Positions 1 through 17,964 of a DNA stretch of 64,000 bases are shown here, piece by piece (position 1 is the first letter of the stretch; each line of letters begins with the position of its first letter). The DNA comes from the human T2T-CHM13v2.0 reference genome, Homo sapiens. Under the pieces are notes generated by a model, which saw only the letters and a list, made by a program, of their open reading frames with translations, was not told where the DNA came from and ran no database searches. The translations under genes were made by a program, and so were the position numbers. The stretch lies in the NCBI RefSeq assembly GCF_009914755.1, contig NC_060928.1; one strand, written 5' to 3'.

Positions 1-360
1 GGAAGATAACAAAATAAATTTCGTAGAGGTAGAGAGTAGAATGGTGGTTACCAGAGGCTAAAAACAAAAGGGAGGAGGAAGAAGAGAAGTTGGCTAGTGG
101 GTATAAAACTACTGTTAGATAGAGAAAATATGTTCCATTATTTGATGGTACAGTAAAGGAATTATAGTTGATAATTTATTGTAAATTTCAAAATAGCTGG
201 AAAAGAAGAAATATAATGTTTCCAACACAAAGAAAAGTGTTTGAAATGATGGATATCTAAACGAGTCTAATTTGATAATTACACATTTTATACATATATC
301 AAAATATCATATATACCCCCAAAATATGTACAACTAAACATATCAGTAAAAAATATAAAA
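1..360 (+). mobile_element. L1MA-type LINE-1 3' UTR end (runs off window start)
   Basis: Matches recalled L1MA 3' UTR: 'gtagagagtagaatggtggttaccagagg ... tccaacacaaagaaa ... atatcatatatacccccaaaatatgtacaacta', followed by an A-rich tail. Confidence 0.75.
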
Positions 361-514
361 TATATATTTAACTCAAATAGGGCCATAAACATAAAAGTTA
401 GAGCTAAGACACTTACAAGAAAATGAGTTTTTTGACCTCGGATTTAGCAATGGACTTTTAGATATGACGCCATAAGCATAAGCAACAAAAGAAAACTAAA
501 TAAATCAAACTTCA

Positions 515-4305
<3,791 letters not shown>

Positions 4306-5769
4306 ACAATGAGATCACATGGACACAGGAAGGGGAATATCACACTCTGGGGACTGTTGTGGGGTAGGGGGAGGGGGAAGGGATAGCATCGGGAGATATA
4401 CCTAATGCTAGATGACGAGTTAGTGGGTTCAGCGCACCAGCATGGCACATGTATACATATGTAACTAACCTGCACAATGTGCACATGTATCCTAAAACTT
4501 AAAGTATAATAAAACAAAAATAAAAAAAATAAATCAAACTTCAGACCAGTTTAACAGTTTATTGCTTCAACAGACACCACAAAGAAAATGAAAAAATAAT
4601 TTTCAGAATTGGAGAAAATATTTGCAAATAAAATATATAAGAAAAGACTTGCATCTAAGTACATAAAAATATCTTGCAACCAAATAATAAAAGTTATATA
4701 ATCCAGTTAAAAATTAGTAAAAAAGTCTGAATAGACATTTCTTCAAAGAAGATACACGAATAGCCATCAAATACATAAAAAGATGGTCAATATCATTAGT
4801 CATCAGAAAATCCAAAAACAACTATAAGAAACCACCTCATATCCACTAGGATGAGTATAATCAAAAACAAATAATAACTAGTATTGGCAAGAATAGAGTG
4901 AAACTGGAACCCACATACACTGCTGGTAGAAATGTAAATTGGCACAGCTACTTTGAAAAACACACTGGAAGTTTCTTAAATGTAATTACTATTTGACCTA
5001 GCATTTCCACTCCTAGGAATATACCCAAAATAAATAAACATATGTTCATACACAAGCCTTACACAAATGATTGTGGCAGCATTATTCAGAAAAGCCAAAA
5101 TGCCGAACCAACCCAAGTGGCCATCAACTGATAAACAGGTAAACAAAACTGGCATGTCCATAAAATGGAATATTATTCACCATAAAAATGAATAAAGTAC
5201 TCACATATACCAACCTATGGATGAACCTTGAAAATACTGTGCTAAGTGAAAGAAGCCAGATGCAAAGGTCATGAATCATATAATTCCATTTATGTAAAAT
5301 GTCCATGCTAACCAAATCCTTAGAGACAAAAGGCACAAAATTGATTTCCTTATGCCAGGGAGCATGGCAGTGTTTGGAGATGATAGCTAAATACTAAAGA
5401 TTTTCTCTTTGGATTAGTGAAGATGTACTAAAATTGATTGCTATGACTGTTGTATAACTCTGAAAATATACTAAAAACCATTAAATTGTACACCTTAAAT
5501 GGGTGAATTTCATGGTATATAAATTATATCTCAATAAAACTGTCACTAAAATATTAAATAAATAAAAATGAAAACAAAGAAATAAATCTGGATACCATTT
5601 GAGGCCTGATGAAACAGTAGTTCTAAATATAAAAAATATATAAAAGTTCAAATAATAGCAGTAAATAAATAAGATTTATGAGCAATTAATGATAGATCAC
5701 TGATGACCAAATTAAATCCTATCATAGTTATGAATCTGTGTCATAATGTATTTCCTAAAGAATCATTAG

Positions 5770-5860
5770 TCATCTATCTTGAACATCTCCAGCTGTAGGG
5801 AATTCAATACTAGTGTCAGCATTCACTTTTGAAAATAATAATTTTATAAAAGACTCCTTT
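5770..5860 (-). mobile_element. Possible L3/CR1 3' fragment
   Basis: 'cttgaacatctccagctgtagggaattcaatact...cattcacttttg' weakly resembles recalled L3 consensus. Confidence 0.3.
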
Positions 5861-7964
5861 TAAGCTACCTTGGCTTCATCAAAATTCAACTGGCTCTGGC
5901 TTCATTGAAATTAAATTTGTAGATCACTACCAATATTCTCCGATGCCATAACAATGCTTCTTTCTTCTACTTTCGTTCAGTGCTTTTCATCCTCTGACCT
6001 TATTATTTTTTACATGTACTTCTTATGTGTCTCACATAAGTGCATAACACCCTCATTGTGTTCAACTGTCAATCAAATACTGTATATTTTTCTTAATTTT
6101 TGAGCTGTTTTTATAGTAAATAACCAAAGTCTATAGTGGGATGTACATCTATAATATTTATTCATTAGTTCTGTTCTACAATCTTCAGTTTATAATTTGA
6201 GCCATATAAGTTAAAACTCTCATATAAAAATGAAACGTTATTTACCCCTCTATGGTCTATACAAGTTTTCTGAATAACTAAATTATAATTAATTAAGACA
6301 GGAAGTCCTTCTTAACTTACAGTAGACACATCTGTATTATCACCTCTTTTTTTTCCACTTTGATTTTCTCAAACCACTATTTGTTTTAGTATTGTTCTGC
6401 ATTCAACTATTTCACTTTTCTGAATATTTTTCCTAAACCCAATCATTTGTGAAGTTCATATAGTTGGTACTTTTCTTAAAGTCTCATGGCACACTTTCAT
6501 GTTTGCTTTTCTTTATATTACTCTCTTTCATCTTGCTAATGTCCCTTTAAAATACAAGCTTATTTGAGAGCTTCATAAATAGTTGCCTTGATCTCTTGAG
6601 ACACATCCATTTAATCATCACTGAGGATAATATTTGATAGTATTATTTGATCATTTATCTTGAGATTAACAAACCCAGAGGTTGTACATGATTTCTAAAA
6701 AATCTTTCTTTTAAATGTATGTGACACAGATGGTACTAATCATCCTACTCCACGGTATCCATGTTAGATATAGAAAGAATGATCACATGCTTCTCATGGC
6801 ACTACCATGTTTTTCTTTTACATGCAGCCCAGCTTAGTACATTAAGGAATCATGCTTAGGCCCATAGGATATACTTGACGTCAATCTACATAATGGGTAT
6901 CCTTTCCAAATTAGGTGTAAAGTTTCTTAGTCCATTCCTACTAAACGTCATTCTCTCTCTCTCTTTTTCTGTCTGCTGGTTTCACATCCTCTCAATTTTT
7001 CTACTATTCTCATTCTTCCATCATGCTGACCATTTCCAAGTAATATTGATTTTTCAAGACTGTGATTCATGTGTTAATTATAATAATAACATCAAATTTA
7101 TTGATCTTATGTGTCAGATATTATAATAAATGATTCACATAATCACTTGTTTTATAACATGATTGTTAAATGCATTTGTCATTATACTCCCAGGTTTATC
7201 AGGACCTGAAGATCTTCCACCAATGAAATCCTCTTGAAATTCTATCTCACTCAGAAATAAATTTTAGTGTAGGCAGGATCATGACATTACCAATCAGGAC
7301 ATTATTGTCATTGATAATCAGATTCAGAAAAGGGAGCAACTGTCTTGTCACCTTTGATTCCCCAAGAGACAATATTAGTGTTGCAGAATTCATTTTTCAT
7401 ATACTTACAGGAACTTTTAACCAAATATTCTGAAATAGTCTTATGTGTAAAATAAAGTTAACCAAATATAAAAAAAATACCCTTTTTTGTTATTTAAAAC
7501 TTGATGATGACAGGTGTTATATTATCATTGCTTTATTTCCTGAAATGAGCCCAATAAAGAAGGTTTAGGTGTAATATTATAAAAATAGATTTCCATTGTC
7601 TTACAATAATTAAAGAAGCGTACAATGAAGCCATTTATTTTACTAGAGCCCATAGTTCTTCTAGTTAGATGTCGGTAGAGAAATTAACATTTCACCCACT
7701 TCTATCTGCTGTTTACAAATAAAAGTTTTATGCCTTTCCAGACAGCAGAGGACAGTCTCTATGTTATTCAAATTCCTTCTGTTTCAAGGGTGAATGAACA
7801 GAAGTAATTTTGTACATAATATGATTAAACCTTATCCACATTTTTTTCTTACATTGTATATGAGTCAAAAATTTTTCAAATATCTTTATGAACCCAAGAA
7901 ATGACATTTTGTTGTTCTTCTCCTTATTCTTATTAGAATTGAATAATAATTATATTCTCTAATT

Positions 7965-8100
7965 GTCTGGCCTTTGGAAATATACTTAACCACTCCAAGT
8001 CTTAGACCCCATTCCTTGTCTTTAAAATAGAAATAGTAATAATAATATTTTTAAGCAGATGCGAGGATACAATGAGATAACAAATGCAAACCGTTTAATA
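7965..8100 (+). mobile_element. MIR fragment
   Basis: MIR core-like 'acttaaccactc...ttccttgtctttaaaatagaaatagtaata...gaggatacaatgagataa'. Confidence 0.6.
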
Positions 8101-9057
8101 AATCTTTCATTCTAATATAAGATAATTACCCAAAATCTATTCTAACTTTTCATTATTTTATTGTTCCAAAATATAAACTAATGAATTACTTCCAATAGAA
8201 TATTTCTTTAGAGTTATAAATAAAAAATATTAGAGAAGAAGCTCAAGATCTATTTACATCTTTAGATTACTCTAAGAGGCCAGATCCAAAATATTAGTTA
8301 TTCTTATATTACTGGAAATAGCTCTATTTCCAAAACAGAGGACCCTCCTTAGTAAACACAGAAATTCCAATTCCCTCTGCACTGAAGATAACAAAACAAC
8401 ATGCTGCAAGGAAGCCCTAATATTTTTTTCGTTCCCTATTGAGATGATAATAAATGTTTGAATTGCTCACCTAGAAAGATTTTCTTTGAGGAGAAAGTGC
8501 TGGGGTCATTTAAAAAGTCACTTGATACTATGCTAGAGAGAGAATAGCTTTTCTCTTGGGTTGGCTATCAATAGATGAAATAGCTTTTTTTCTCTTTCCT
8601 TGCCTCATCCACACCCCCGTTTCCCATGCCCTTTATAATGTTCGACAAAAGCATTGCTCAACTGTATCTTGTCTGACAGTGAAGGTACATAAAACACCCA
8701 TTTTGTTTAAATGAATGGCAGTCACCTTTTTGCTATACTAACTACTACTGCACCACAGGAAACAGCATGGGCTCCGCTTGTATCTCCTCTCTTTCAGCTC
8801 ATGGTGTCTTACAGGTGATATAAATCACAATCCCCTTTAATCTGATAATCGTTCAACATTAAGTCTCTGTGCTGCATTCGAGTAAGTTCTTGTACTTGTT
8901 TGAGACACCTAATGTTTTTAAAGTTGTGTACTCCCTAGCATTGATAAACAACACGTTTTCTTAAAGAAACAAAATGGCCACTAACATTATCTGACATTCT
9001 GCAATGCTATTTTCTTTGGAAACAGTCTCAATGACTATCTAATCTCTAACCTTAAGT

Positions 9058-9175
9058 CATTCATTCATAAAATACTTATTAATTCTTATTAAGTACTAGT
9101 CTCATGTTAAGTGCTAGTCATTGAGTAGTAAGCAAGAAACATATAACTGTGTCTTCATTGACCTATCAATGTAGT
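9058..9175 (-). mobile_element. L2 3' end
   Basis: 'cattcattcataaaatacttatt...aagtgctag' is the antisense L2 tail. Confidence 0.55.
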
Positions 9176-9519
9176 TATTCATTTTCTCTATGCAGTAAAA
9201 TAACTTATTCATGTATTTTATGTATTCTATTACATATATAGTTTACATATATTTATTATTTCTGAACCAATAGAAAAACCATCCATTCATGTAAGTCTTT
9301 CTTCCTAGAAACTTCATACTGCTACTTTATTGCAAAATGACTTATACACTCAATATGTACAAACTGCCCCAGATTAACATTTAATACCCAAACTGATAAT
9401 ACAGAAACTATGTCAGACCAGAATTAGAATGAATTAACCAATTTATTCCCCCAATGATCATATTGGAAATGGCATAACTGGCAAAATCATACAATCACTG
9501 GCTTACATTCTTTTTCATT

Positions 9520-9975
9520 TGAGATTTACCAAGCAGCATGACCTGAGATGAACATTATATTGCAAATTATTTATTTGGGAGGGAAATCGGGAAATACCTG
9601 TAGGGGAATGTGGAAATGAGACAGGAAGAAGGCAGACAATAAAATGTTCACTGTCCAGCAAGTTGCCACCATGAATGAAAAAAAAAAAATCCTTTATCTT
9701 GCTGAGGAACTCTGGAATTCAGTGTGGAACATCTGACTCAGAGTTATCACACCTGAAGGGCAAGGCTGCTGAGGCTATAAAGACTTCCATTTGTCCTTGG
9801 TTGAGAGCTGCTTTGCCAGAGTTGCTAACTCCCTGGTACTTCTGGCTTGCTGCAATAGTTGATAAAGAGGGCTACAAAGCCTAGAGGAACTCAGGCAAAT
9901 AAATGTAGGTGCTAGCAATTGGGTATCTGCCCAACATACACTGAAGTGGTAAGGTCATGGAACATAGGTAAGATA
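9520..9975 (-). mobile_element. LTR33-like (ERVL) solo LTR
   Basis: 'tttatttgggagg...gtaggggaatgtggaaatgagacagg...ctcagagttatcacacctgaagggc...ttggttgagagctgc...cactgaagtggtaagg' matches recalled LTR33 antisense. Confidence 0.7.
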
Positions 9976-10179
9976 CTTAAAATGTCTAATATCAAGATGT
10001 AATGAAATCATCAGCCAAATAGATAAAATGGTAGAAATGACAGCAACAAAAACTAATAAAGCTACTAATATGCGTGATACGTAAGTGGACTGTCCTGCAA
10101 ATAATTCAGAAGTTATCATTATTCTTACCTTCCCTTTGTCTCCTAGACATATCAAGTATTCATTCTGTGATTCTGTGAA

Positions 10180-10395
10180 CTCTCACAACATTTTATTCTC
10201 CTCAACCACCATTTACCAAACTTTATTTTTATTTTATTTATTTTAACTTCAAATAATTGTCTACATTCTTCTGTAGAAAATAAGCTCCATAAGTAAAGGG
10301 AGAGAATAAAACTTGCTCAATGTCCTATCCCAGTAATTAACAGTGCCTACCACGTAGTAGGTTCCTTGTAAATATATGGTGAATGAGTGAGTCAA
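10180..10395 (+). mobile_element. L2 3' end
   Basis: 'taagctccat...aacagtgcctaccacgtagtagg...gaatgagtgagt'. Confidence 0.6.
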
Positions 10396-11167
10396 TAAGT
10401 GCTAAATGTATTTTGCAATGCCATTCTAAAAGAAATATAGGTCAGTGTTTTTAAAATGAAATATATATTAAGAGCCTACATTAAAAATGTCATTAAGTAA
10501 TATTCATATGTTGCATTAATGCAACAGAAATAGCATTCGTTTCACTTATTTGTTTAATATATAAACCATACCCACTTAGTGGAAATTATTTTAGAGATTT
10601 TCAGTTTCACGAATTATTTTTAGTTTAAACAATCCACTTGTATTTTGAGAAAGTTACTAAAAGTTTGTCATTGTGATTTTAGAATTTAACCTCTGATACA
10701 ATGTGATAGCACATACTTTTGATTTAATTTTTCTTTTCAAACTTAGATAAAAATGTTCTCAAGCTGAAAGAAGAAAAATACTAAACAGTGAATATTTTAT
10801 GATATCTAGCTGACGTTATTTTAATGAAAGAATAAACTCTCAGGAAAAGCAAAGGAAATTGGCAGAGCCATTTATTAGCACTTAGCCAGACCTTGATAAA
10901 GAATGTTTAATGGTTCATATTGTGCGTAACACTGACTTATTCTAAAATTTTTGAAAGTGCTTTGATATGGTAAATGTGTTAATAAATGTTTCAGGTTTAG
11001 GTGAATAAAAGGTGTCCTATTTGGGTGATTCTGCCTATTGTATTTCTTTTGAATAATTTGAAAGAATATGTATGTTAGTTTTTAAGGTTGTGAACAGTAG
11101 ATTAGTTGCTTATTTGTAAGAAGGAGTAGAAGTATGGAGGGAAGATTAAAACTCAAGTTTTCAAAAA

Positions 11168-11225
11168 ATATATATATATATACATATATAATATAATATA
11201 ATATATAGGAGATATATATATATAT
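11168..11225. repeat. (TA)n-rich simple repeat
   Basis: Seen directly. Confidence 0.9.
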
Positions 11226-11639
11226 CCTTTCTCTTGAAAAGCTTTAAAGATTTGACTTTGATAAAGTAGAAGCTCTTAAATATTTTTAACTGAAATTTAC
11301 AATTAAACATATAAATATTTAAAACAGAAAGTGTGTTTTAATCATGTGTACTAACTTCAAAAAGTTGACTTATTTGACAGCATTTTAGGTTTTCCATAGT
11401 TCTAGAGATCTTATTGGTTTCCTTAAGTAAAGAAATATGACAAAATGCAATGTTCAATGTCATAAGATAATACAGTTATTAGCAGGGCAGATCCAAAACA
11501 TATTTTGCCATTCTTTCCCCACAGCCTTGTTACATGAACAATTCATTTTTGTGCCTTATATGAGCAAAAATCTATACCAAATTTAGTTAAAGGTTCAAAT
11601 CTAGACCATGTAGTACATGGAGTTGAGGAACTTAACCTC

Positions 11640-11910
11640 TACTTGTTTATTTAACATTTCTCAATGGCAAGTTAATATATCTAATAACGAGCTCATAATC
11701 TGCCTTTAAACCTACTTATTTTAAAGCTTTCAGTGTCCTACTAAACGGTACCACCAAGTACAGAGTTATGCCAAAACCAAACTCAGGAGATACCATGACC
11801 TCTTTCTTGCCTCACCCTACCTTCAATCTAAAGTGAAGGTACCATGACATCTTTCTCCTGATTCTGACCAATTCTCTCCATCCTGATGGCCATTCACCAT
11901 ACCAAGCCAA
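11640..11910 (+). mobile_element. L2 fragment
   Basis: 'gagctcataatc...ggtaccacc...aaactcaggaga..catgacctctttctt' resembles L2 ORF2 3' region. Confidence 0.45.
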
Positions 11911-12379
11911 ATGACTTTAAAACATGTGGGTCAAAAAGAGTAACATATGAAGAAAAATAAGCTGGATAATTTTAGATTTTCATTATCTTCTCACATCATC
12001 CCACATCATTCTTAACATCACCAAATCATGTTAAAAAATTCTAATACTATTGTTGTATATATATTTATATTTACATATACATACAGTATTAATCAAATTC
12101 CTTACACTTTAAATAAAAATATACTACTATAATAATCCAGAATTGAAAAATTGTACTATATGGAATTCCTATAGCACAAGTTCAACTTCTCAGTCTTTTG
12201 AAATCATTGACTAAAATGTAACTTTGCTAGACATTGAATGAATGACAGGTTAAATTCCTTTTGGCTCCCTCATTGGAGATGTAATCACTCACCTTTGTAG
12301 CTGCCATATATCATTGATTAGGAGGAATCAAAATCATTGCTAACTCTGGAATATCAACATCAAGAGATTAATCAAATTC

Positions 12380-12530
12380 TGCAAACCCACAAAGATGGTC
12401 AGAAAACTAATGATTTTCCTGAACTATTAGGGATAGACTAACTTTGAATGAATTAAACTGATGAGTATAGAGAGAAGTAGGATGCTGTTCAATATATTTA
12501 GGGTGGTTTTTCTAAAGCCTTAAGAAGAAA
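12380..12530 (+). mobile_element. Possible L3/CR1 RT fragment
   Basis: 'gatgctgttcaatatattt...ttttctaaagcctt' resembles a decayed YLDFSKAF-coding segment. Confidence 0.25.
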
Positions 12531-13816
12531 TAGCTTATCTGTATTAAAGCTAGACATTTTAGATTTTACATTTCTAAGTTAGCTGACTCATAATCATTCT
12601 GATTTATCATAGATCAGTTATTTCAATAGCCACTCAATCAGTGCTGACAATTACAGCAGAATGAATTCCATAATTATGGATTCGTGTAGTACACTATTGC
12701 TTCAAGAGGGAAATTACAACTTAAACTTTGCTGTAAAAAAAGATACAAAGAATAATTAAATGCTTCTCATATAACCTCTAAAAATTTTACTTTCATTTTT
12801 GATAAAAATGTTAACAAATGAATGGATGGATAAAATTTAGTCTAGAGCCAGCACCACTACTATTCAAAAAGGTATGTTTGTAACATATTAATCCATGTGT
12901 TCTATTTCTGTAAATCTAATTCTGTAAATTGACTAATAGTTTACAATGTTATTTTTAATAGAAAATATTTATAAGTAAATATGAATTTTCATATATATAA
13001 ACACATATTTAGGAGAAAATCGTGTCTGCATATGGATTCAATGGTTTTTTTTTTGTTTTGTTTTGATATATGGATGTAACTTAGTAATGGTAGTGTTGAT
13101 AATTCTCTATAAAAGAAAAATCTGTTTATTTTCCCATAGTACCAAAAAATAACTTTCATTTTTCCTTGAATTATAATTCACTATTTTACTTTAGAAATTG
13201 ACTATTTTCTTTACATATTATATTCCAATTTGTTTATTCTTTTCTAAAGTTATTAGATATTCTTGTCTCAGAGACCACTTTTTACTCCAATAAGAAATCA
13301 AAGAGAAAGCATAATTTCAACTGGCAAATGACACATTCTTATTACATTCTTGCATTTTCTTCCATATGCTACTTTCCTCTAGGATTCTTGTAAAGAAATC
13401 CTGATGGAAAATAGACGAGAAATGTCAAGTGGAACATCTTGATCTCATCTGGCTTTGGTGAACTTTAAAACAACATAGGTCAAAGTATGTTTCGCTCCCA
13501 CTTTAGCTTTATGCTTGAATCATTTTATTCCATGTGCATATAACCTTTTACTTAACAAATGCTTGCTTAGACCCATAGGCAGCTTTTTACGATAACAATG
13601 CCTATGCTTAGTTTTTAGAAGAATTTAAATGGATAATGAGGTTACAGATTTAAAAATACTGTAATTTTAACATTTAAATAAATTGTTAGTCATGTGAGGA
13701 AGAATGAAAGTATAACTAGTCATTTTTGAGATAAGTTTTCACAAAGTCACAGAAATTTATCAGAACTATAAAGTTATCAAAAATCATGACACAGAAAGTT
13801 TTGGTATTCTTAATCC

Positions 13817-13930
13817 ATTAATTCACCATATTGTTATGGGACACTTACTCTTTGTCAGACAGTATTGTAGGCTTGGGAGATACAATGGTGAACAAGACTG
13901 TTCCTGGTAGAGTTTACAGTGTTGTCGATA
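13817..13930 (-). mobile_element. L2 3' end
   Basis: 'cacttactctttgtcagacag...gggagatacaatggtgaacaagac...gagtttacagt'. Confidence 0.6.
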
Positions 13931-14789
13931 TAAAAAAAGAGGTGAGTATAATACAGTTTTAGAAAGACCAACCATTTTATTGAACCGCAGTATATATGGT
14001 ATATGACACAAGTTAAAGCAATTGGATCTCTTTCCTGTAATATTTCTAATCAGACTTACTTTGAGGGAAATTAGTTTTTGCTTCATTGCTCATATAGTTT
14101 AAATATTTTCTCCAGATCTGTCAGTGGCTATGTTCGTCACAAGAACGAATGAAAAAAATCCAGAGAGACAGTTCAAAAGTTTGCCACAGCATCTGTGATT
14201 CTTCTCTTTTTGATTTGGAAAACTTGAAATAAATCATGCTTCACCATCAAACTTATTTATAGTTTGGGGTCAATATCTACTAAGAATCCTGTCTACATAG
14301 TTACTTTTACAGCAGTGGCAATATTATGCAAATGTATTACTTCCTTCTAGAAGTGCTTACATAGGCATTTTGATGGCAAATATTTGGATTGACCTATACT
14401 GGAATTTTGTCAGGTGGGGATTAGAGTAAAGGAATGTCATGAAATTGAGCTACAGGAATTAGCAAAGGAATAAAGGACTGCAGTGGATCACATATTTTTC
14501 AGTAATTCCTCCGTAGTAATTTATACATCTCTTGCTTCCATATTTCCAAAATTTTATTATTCAGCTATGGAGCATTTCTACAGTAGTATTAATAAACTAT
14601 CTTTTTTCCCCTTCAAGCATGTTCTTAATGTTTTCTCCATCTCCTTGGCCCAACAACAACCTGGTCCTGCCCTGCAGATACAGCTTTTCGTAAAGCCCTT
14701 TCACTGGTATGTTAACCATTTTCTAAAGAGAAAGGTGGGGAGAGACACCCTGTATAATGTGTACCACCACATATCAATCAAAATTACCA

Positions 14790-15193
14790 TGGTAATTTTA
14801 AGGGAATACTTACTTCATTTGTGCTAGGCACTGCTCTATAATCATCTCATATATACCTTACTTAATGCTAAAGGCAGTCTTTGGGATAGCCTCTAGTTTC
14901 ATTTGTATTTTATAAACAATAAAAAGTGACACAGCTGGAACTACTTTTTTCAAGCTACTGGCTTCTACATCAGAATCCCTGTGAATATAGTTTGAAATGC
15001 TGATTTATTAGTGCTCATCCCTGACCTGCTGTCCAAGATTCTCTGAGGTTGTGGGATGAAAAAGTCTGAATTTTCTGCAAATTCCCCAAGTAATACTAAT
15101 GCCTCCTAAAGTTTGAGAACCAGTCAGCAAGTTCAAGAGATAGAATTTTAGCCCAAATTTTTTTCAGTAAATCTGAAATCTGGCACTCTTAAT
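14790..15193 (-). mobile_element. MIR interrupted by MER5
   Basis: 'tgtgctaggcactgctcta...attttataaacaataaaaagtgacacag' resumes after 15125 with 'gaattttagcccaa...ctcttaa'. Confidence 0.5.
14940..15124. mobile_element. MER5A/B (hAT-Charlie) non-autonomous DNA transposon
   Basis: 'catcagaatccctg...aaatgctgatt...ccccaagtaatactaatgc...aaagtttgagaaccagt'. Confidence 0.7.
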
Positions 15194-15615
15194 ATTTATA
15201 ATAATACAAAATATTATATTTTAACATGAATATCATGGTGTTTGGGTGATTGATGCTCAAGGAATTTAATTTAGGGAATTTGTGATTTTTTCGATCTTTT
15301 ACATGTTAAAAATAATTTGTATTTGTTTCATCCACAGGAATCATGTACTTTTAGAATACCTAAATTGTTGTATATTTTCAAGGATACTCTCCAAAATGTC
15401 TCACTTGTTTAAACAACAGATGGATTATGAATGTTCATAAGTTTACAAACAGTGAATATTTAATGTTCAGAAGTTGATCCAAGCTTTTGCAATCAGATAT
15501 GGTTGGTGTAAAGTAATAAAAATTATATTTGATTATATTTAATTTTTGCCCCAAAATTTATTTTTGATAAATTTTCCATTTAATATGAGCTTTTATATTT
15601 AAGCATATTATCTCC

Positions 15616-15928
15616 TTTTTTTTTTTTTTTTTTTTTTTTTTGAGACGGAGTCTCGCTCTGTCGCCCAGGCTAGAGTTCAGTGGCGCAATCTCGGCTCACT
15701 GCAAGCTCCCCCTCCCAGGTTCACGCCATTCTCCTGCCTCGGCCTCCTGAGTAGCTGGGACTACAGGCGCCTGCCACCACGCCTGGCTAATTTTTTTTAT
15801 TATTATTTTTAGTAGAGACGAGGTTTCACCATGTTAGCCAGGATGGTCTCAATCTCCTGACCTTGTGATCCCCCCGCCTCGGCCTCCCAGAGTGCTGGGA
15901 TTACAGGCGTGAGCCACCACGCCCGGCC
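15616..15928 (-). mobile_element. AluY
   Basis: Full dimer; Y diagnostics 'gcaagctcc', 'ttcacgccattctc', 'ttagccaggatggtctc'; TSD attatctcc (15607-15615) / actatctcc (15929-15937). Confidence 0.95.
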
Positions 15929-17964
15929 ACTATCTCCGTTTTTTAAAGAATCATGTTGATAATATTTTTAAATGAACTTTCTTCTTTCTTTTTGATTCAT
16001 GGTCATTTTGATAACTCAACAATTACATTGGTGTCAACAATGTGACACAGCAATTTCCTGGAGCCTTTGCAGTGAACAGGACAACCTCAATGCCCCATGT
16101 AATTTGTTTCTTTTACACTTTTACAGATAGAGAAATCAAAACCAACTTCTTTGTAACTGTATCTAAAATAACAGTTTAAAAGCTTAGAGCAAGGACTTTT
16201 GCAAATTACATTAATTAATCCAGCCTGTACAATTGCTTAGGGACTCTAATTTTTCCTAGCTTTTTTTTGTTATTCTTCAATCCTTTTCTATATTTAGTTG
16301 ATGAGTAGATAAAGAAGTGAAATATAAGAATAATAGGAATACATTAGCAACCTTAAGAAAGGGAGCCTTTTTTAAGATAAGAGTGTGCTTGTAGAGTATA
16401 AGTGGTTATTTATTTTTGATTCATCTCATTTCTCTTTAGCATCCAACCAGAACAAGCTCTTTCTTCCCATTTTTCTTATGCCGAAACAAGGCAATTGAAA
16501 CATCACATACTAACAATTCCTCATAGTCTTAAAATCTTTTATTTCTTATCCTCTAGTGAGTGCTGATGACAAGCCATGAGAAGCTCTAGGGAAATTATTG
16601 CAGGTGGTGGCTCTGGCAAGGGAAAGGAGCATTGCTCCTAAATAGTGGACTGATCCTGATTGCATGCCTTGTATTAGATGATCTCCAGTCTCAGCAGGAT
16701 TTTCAAAAGAGATTATTGACTTACTGCCCCAATGTCTCAAGCCAACAACCTGTAAATCATATGACAGAGACCATGGGAAGCTTATTTCTTTGGACAGAAA
16801 AAGAATTCAGATTCCCTCAAAGAAGATTAAAACTCCAATTATTGATTTTTGAGATAGCCAAAATTAATAGAAGTTTCTCACCTTCTATTCAGTCAAAACT
16901 CAAGAGACATCAGCTGCTGAAAATTTTCCTACTTCTAAAATTCTAACTGTAGAACAAAACATGTTATTTTTTATTCCAAAAGTTAAACCCATGTTTGTTT
17001 TTATTAATTTGATTTTGTTCATTATGATTTATACACTATTCTTAAGGAAAACAAATTACGGATACATTCGGGGCATTTTGGTAGAGTTTTTCTAAAATTC
17101 AAATTAGTTTCATGAAAATTTATATTTATTGGGCTTAGTTTTCTAGGTGGCTTCTGAGGCAATATTTTGCCATCAATAACTGAAAGAGATGTGTACATGT
17201 GGTGTTTTGTTATTGGTTAGTTTAATAGTTCATTGGCTAATATTTGAATTGTATGTGATAGGTAAGTAGAGTTATAAATATGACAAATATTCATATACCT
17301 CATGACTACCTGTCTCTTCCAATCTGAGAGCATGCTCCCCAAGTCCTTTTATTATTCAGTTCACCTTAATCTTTATGTTGCATCAAGAATTCCCAAGTAC
17401 CAATAACCTAGGGGTTACTCACCAAGTAGTCCCTCACCTTGTCACAGATTGCAAAGAGATCAGTTTTGAATGCAGCAAAACATTACTGCAAATCCTTTTC
17501 CATTTACACATTTGAAAAGAAAAAAAGAATTCAGAAGTAGAATCTGAAGTGAGGTTGCATGTACTTATAAAGCATTTGACTCCTTTGTGCTTCCACAATG
17601 TGCATATCCTATCTTTCTGTTACCAGCTTCCTTCAGTAAAAACTTTTTCTATTTTATCTTCCTCTTTCTTCATTTTATGAATCACGCAACATGTATTCAA
17701 GTAAAGGCAAAAGTCAACAATTTGAGGCATATTTGCTGTTTATGAGAATCCATAGGATTTAAAATACATTTACAGAGTTATTGTATTAACTTGATAGCAA
17801 ATGCCTAGGATTTGCAATAATTGTAGATAATTCTCCTTTGTCAGAAATTTATTTATCATTATTTATTCTCCCAGCTGACCAATTATACTATAGGCTTGGG
17901 GCCACGGTGAATTTGATCATAGAAAATGTTCATTTTTCCCCTCATTTAAATTGCTATTAGTAAT

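Noticed and set aside
10509-10526. 18-bp perfect palindrome tgttgcattaatgcaaca
   Set aside because: 9-bp arms are expected about once by chance in 64 kb of AT-rich DNA
12818-12871. ATG-initiated mini-exon MNGWIKFSLEPAPLLFKK followed by AAG|gtatgt
   Set aside because: No acceptor or promoter context and peptide not recognised
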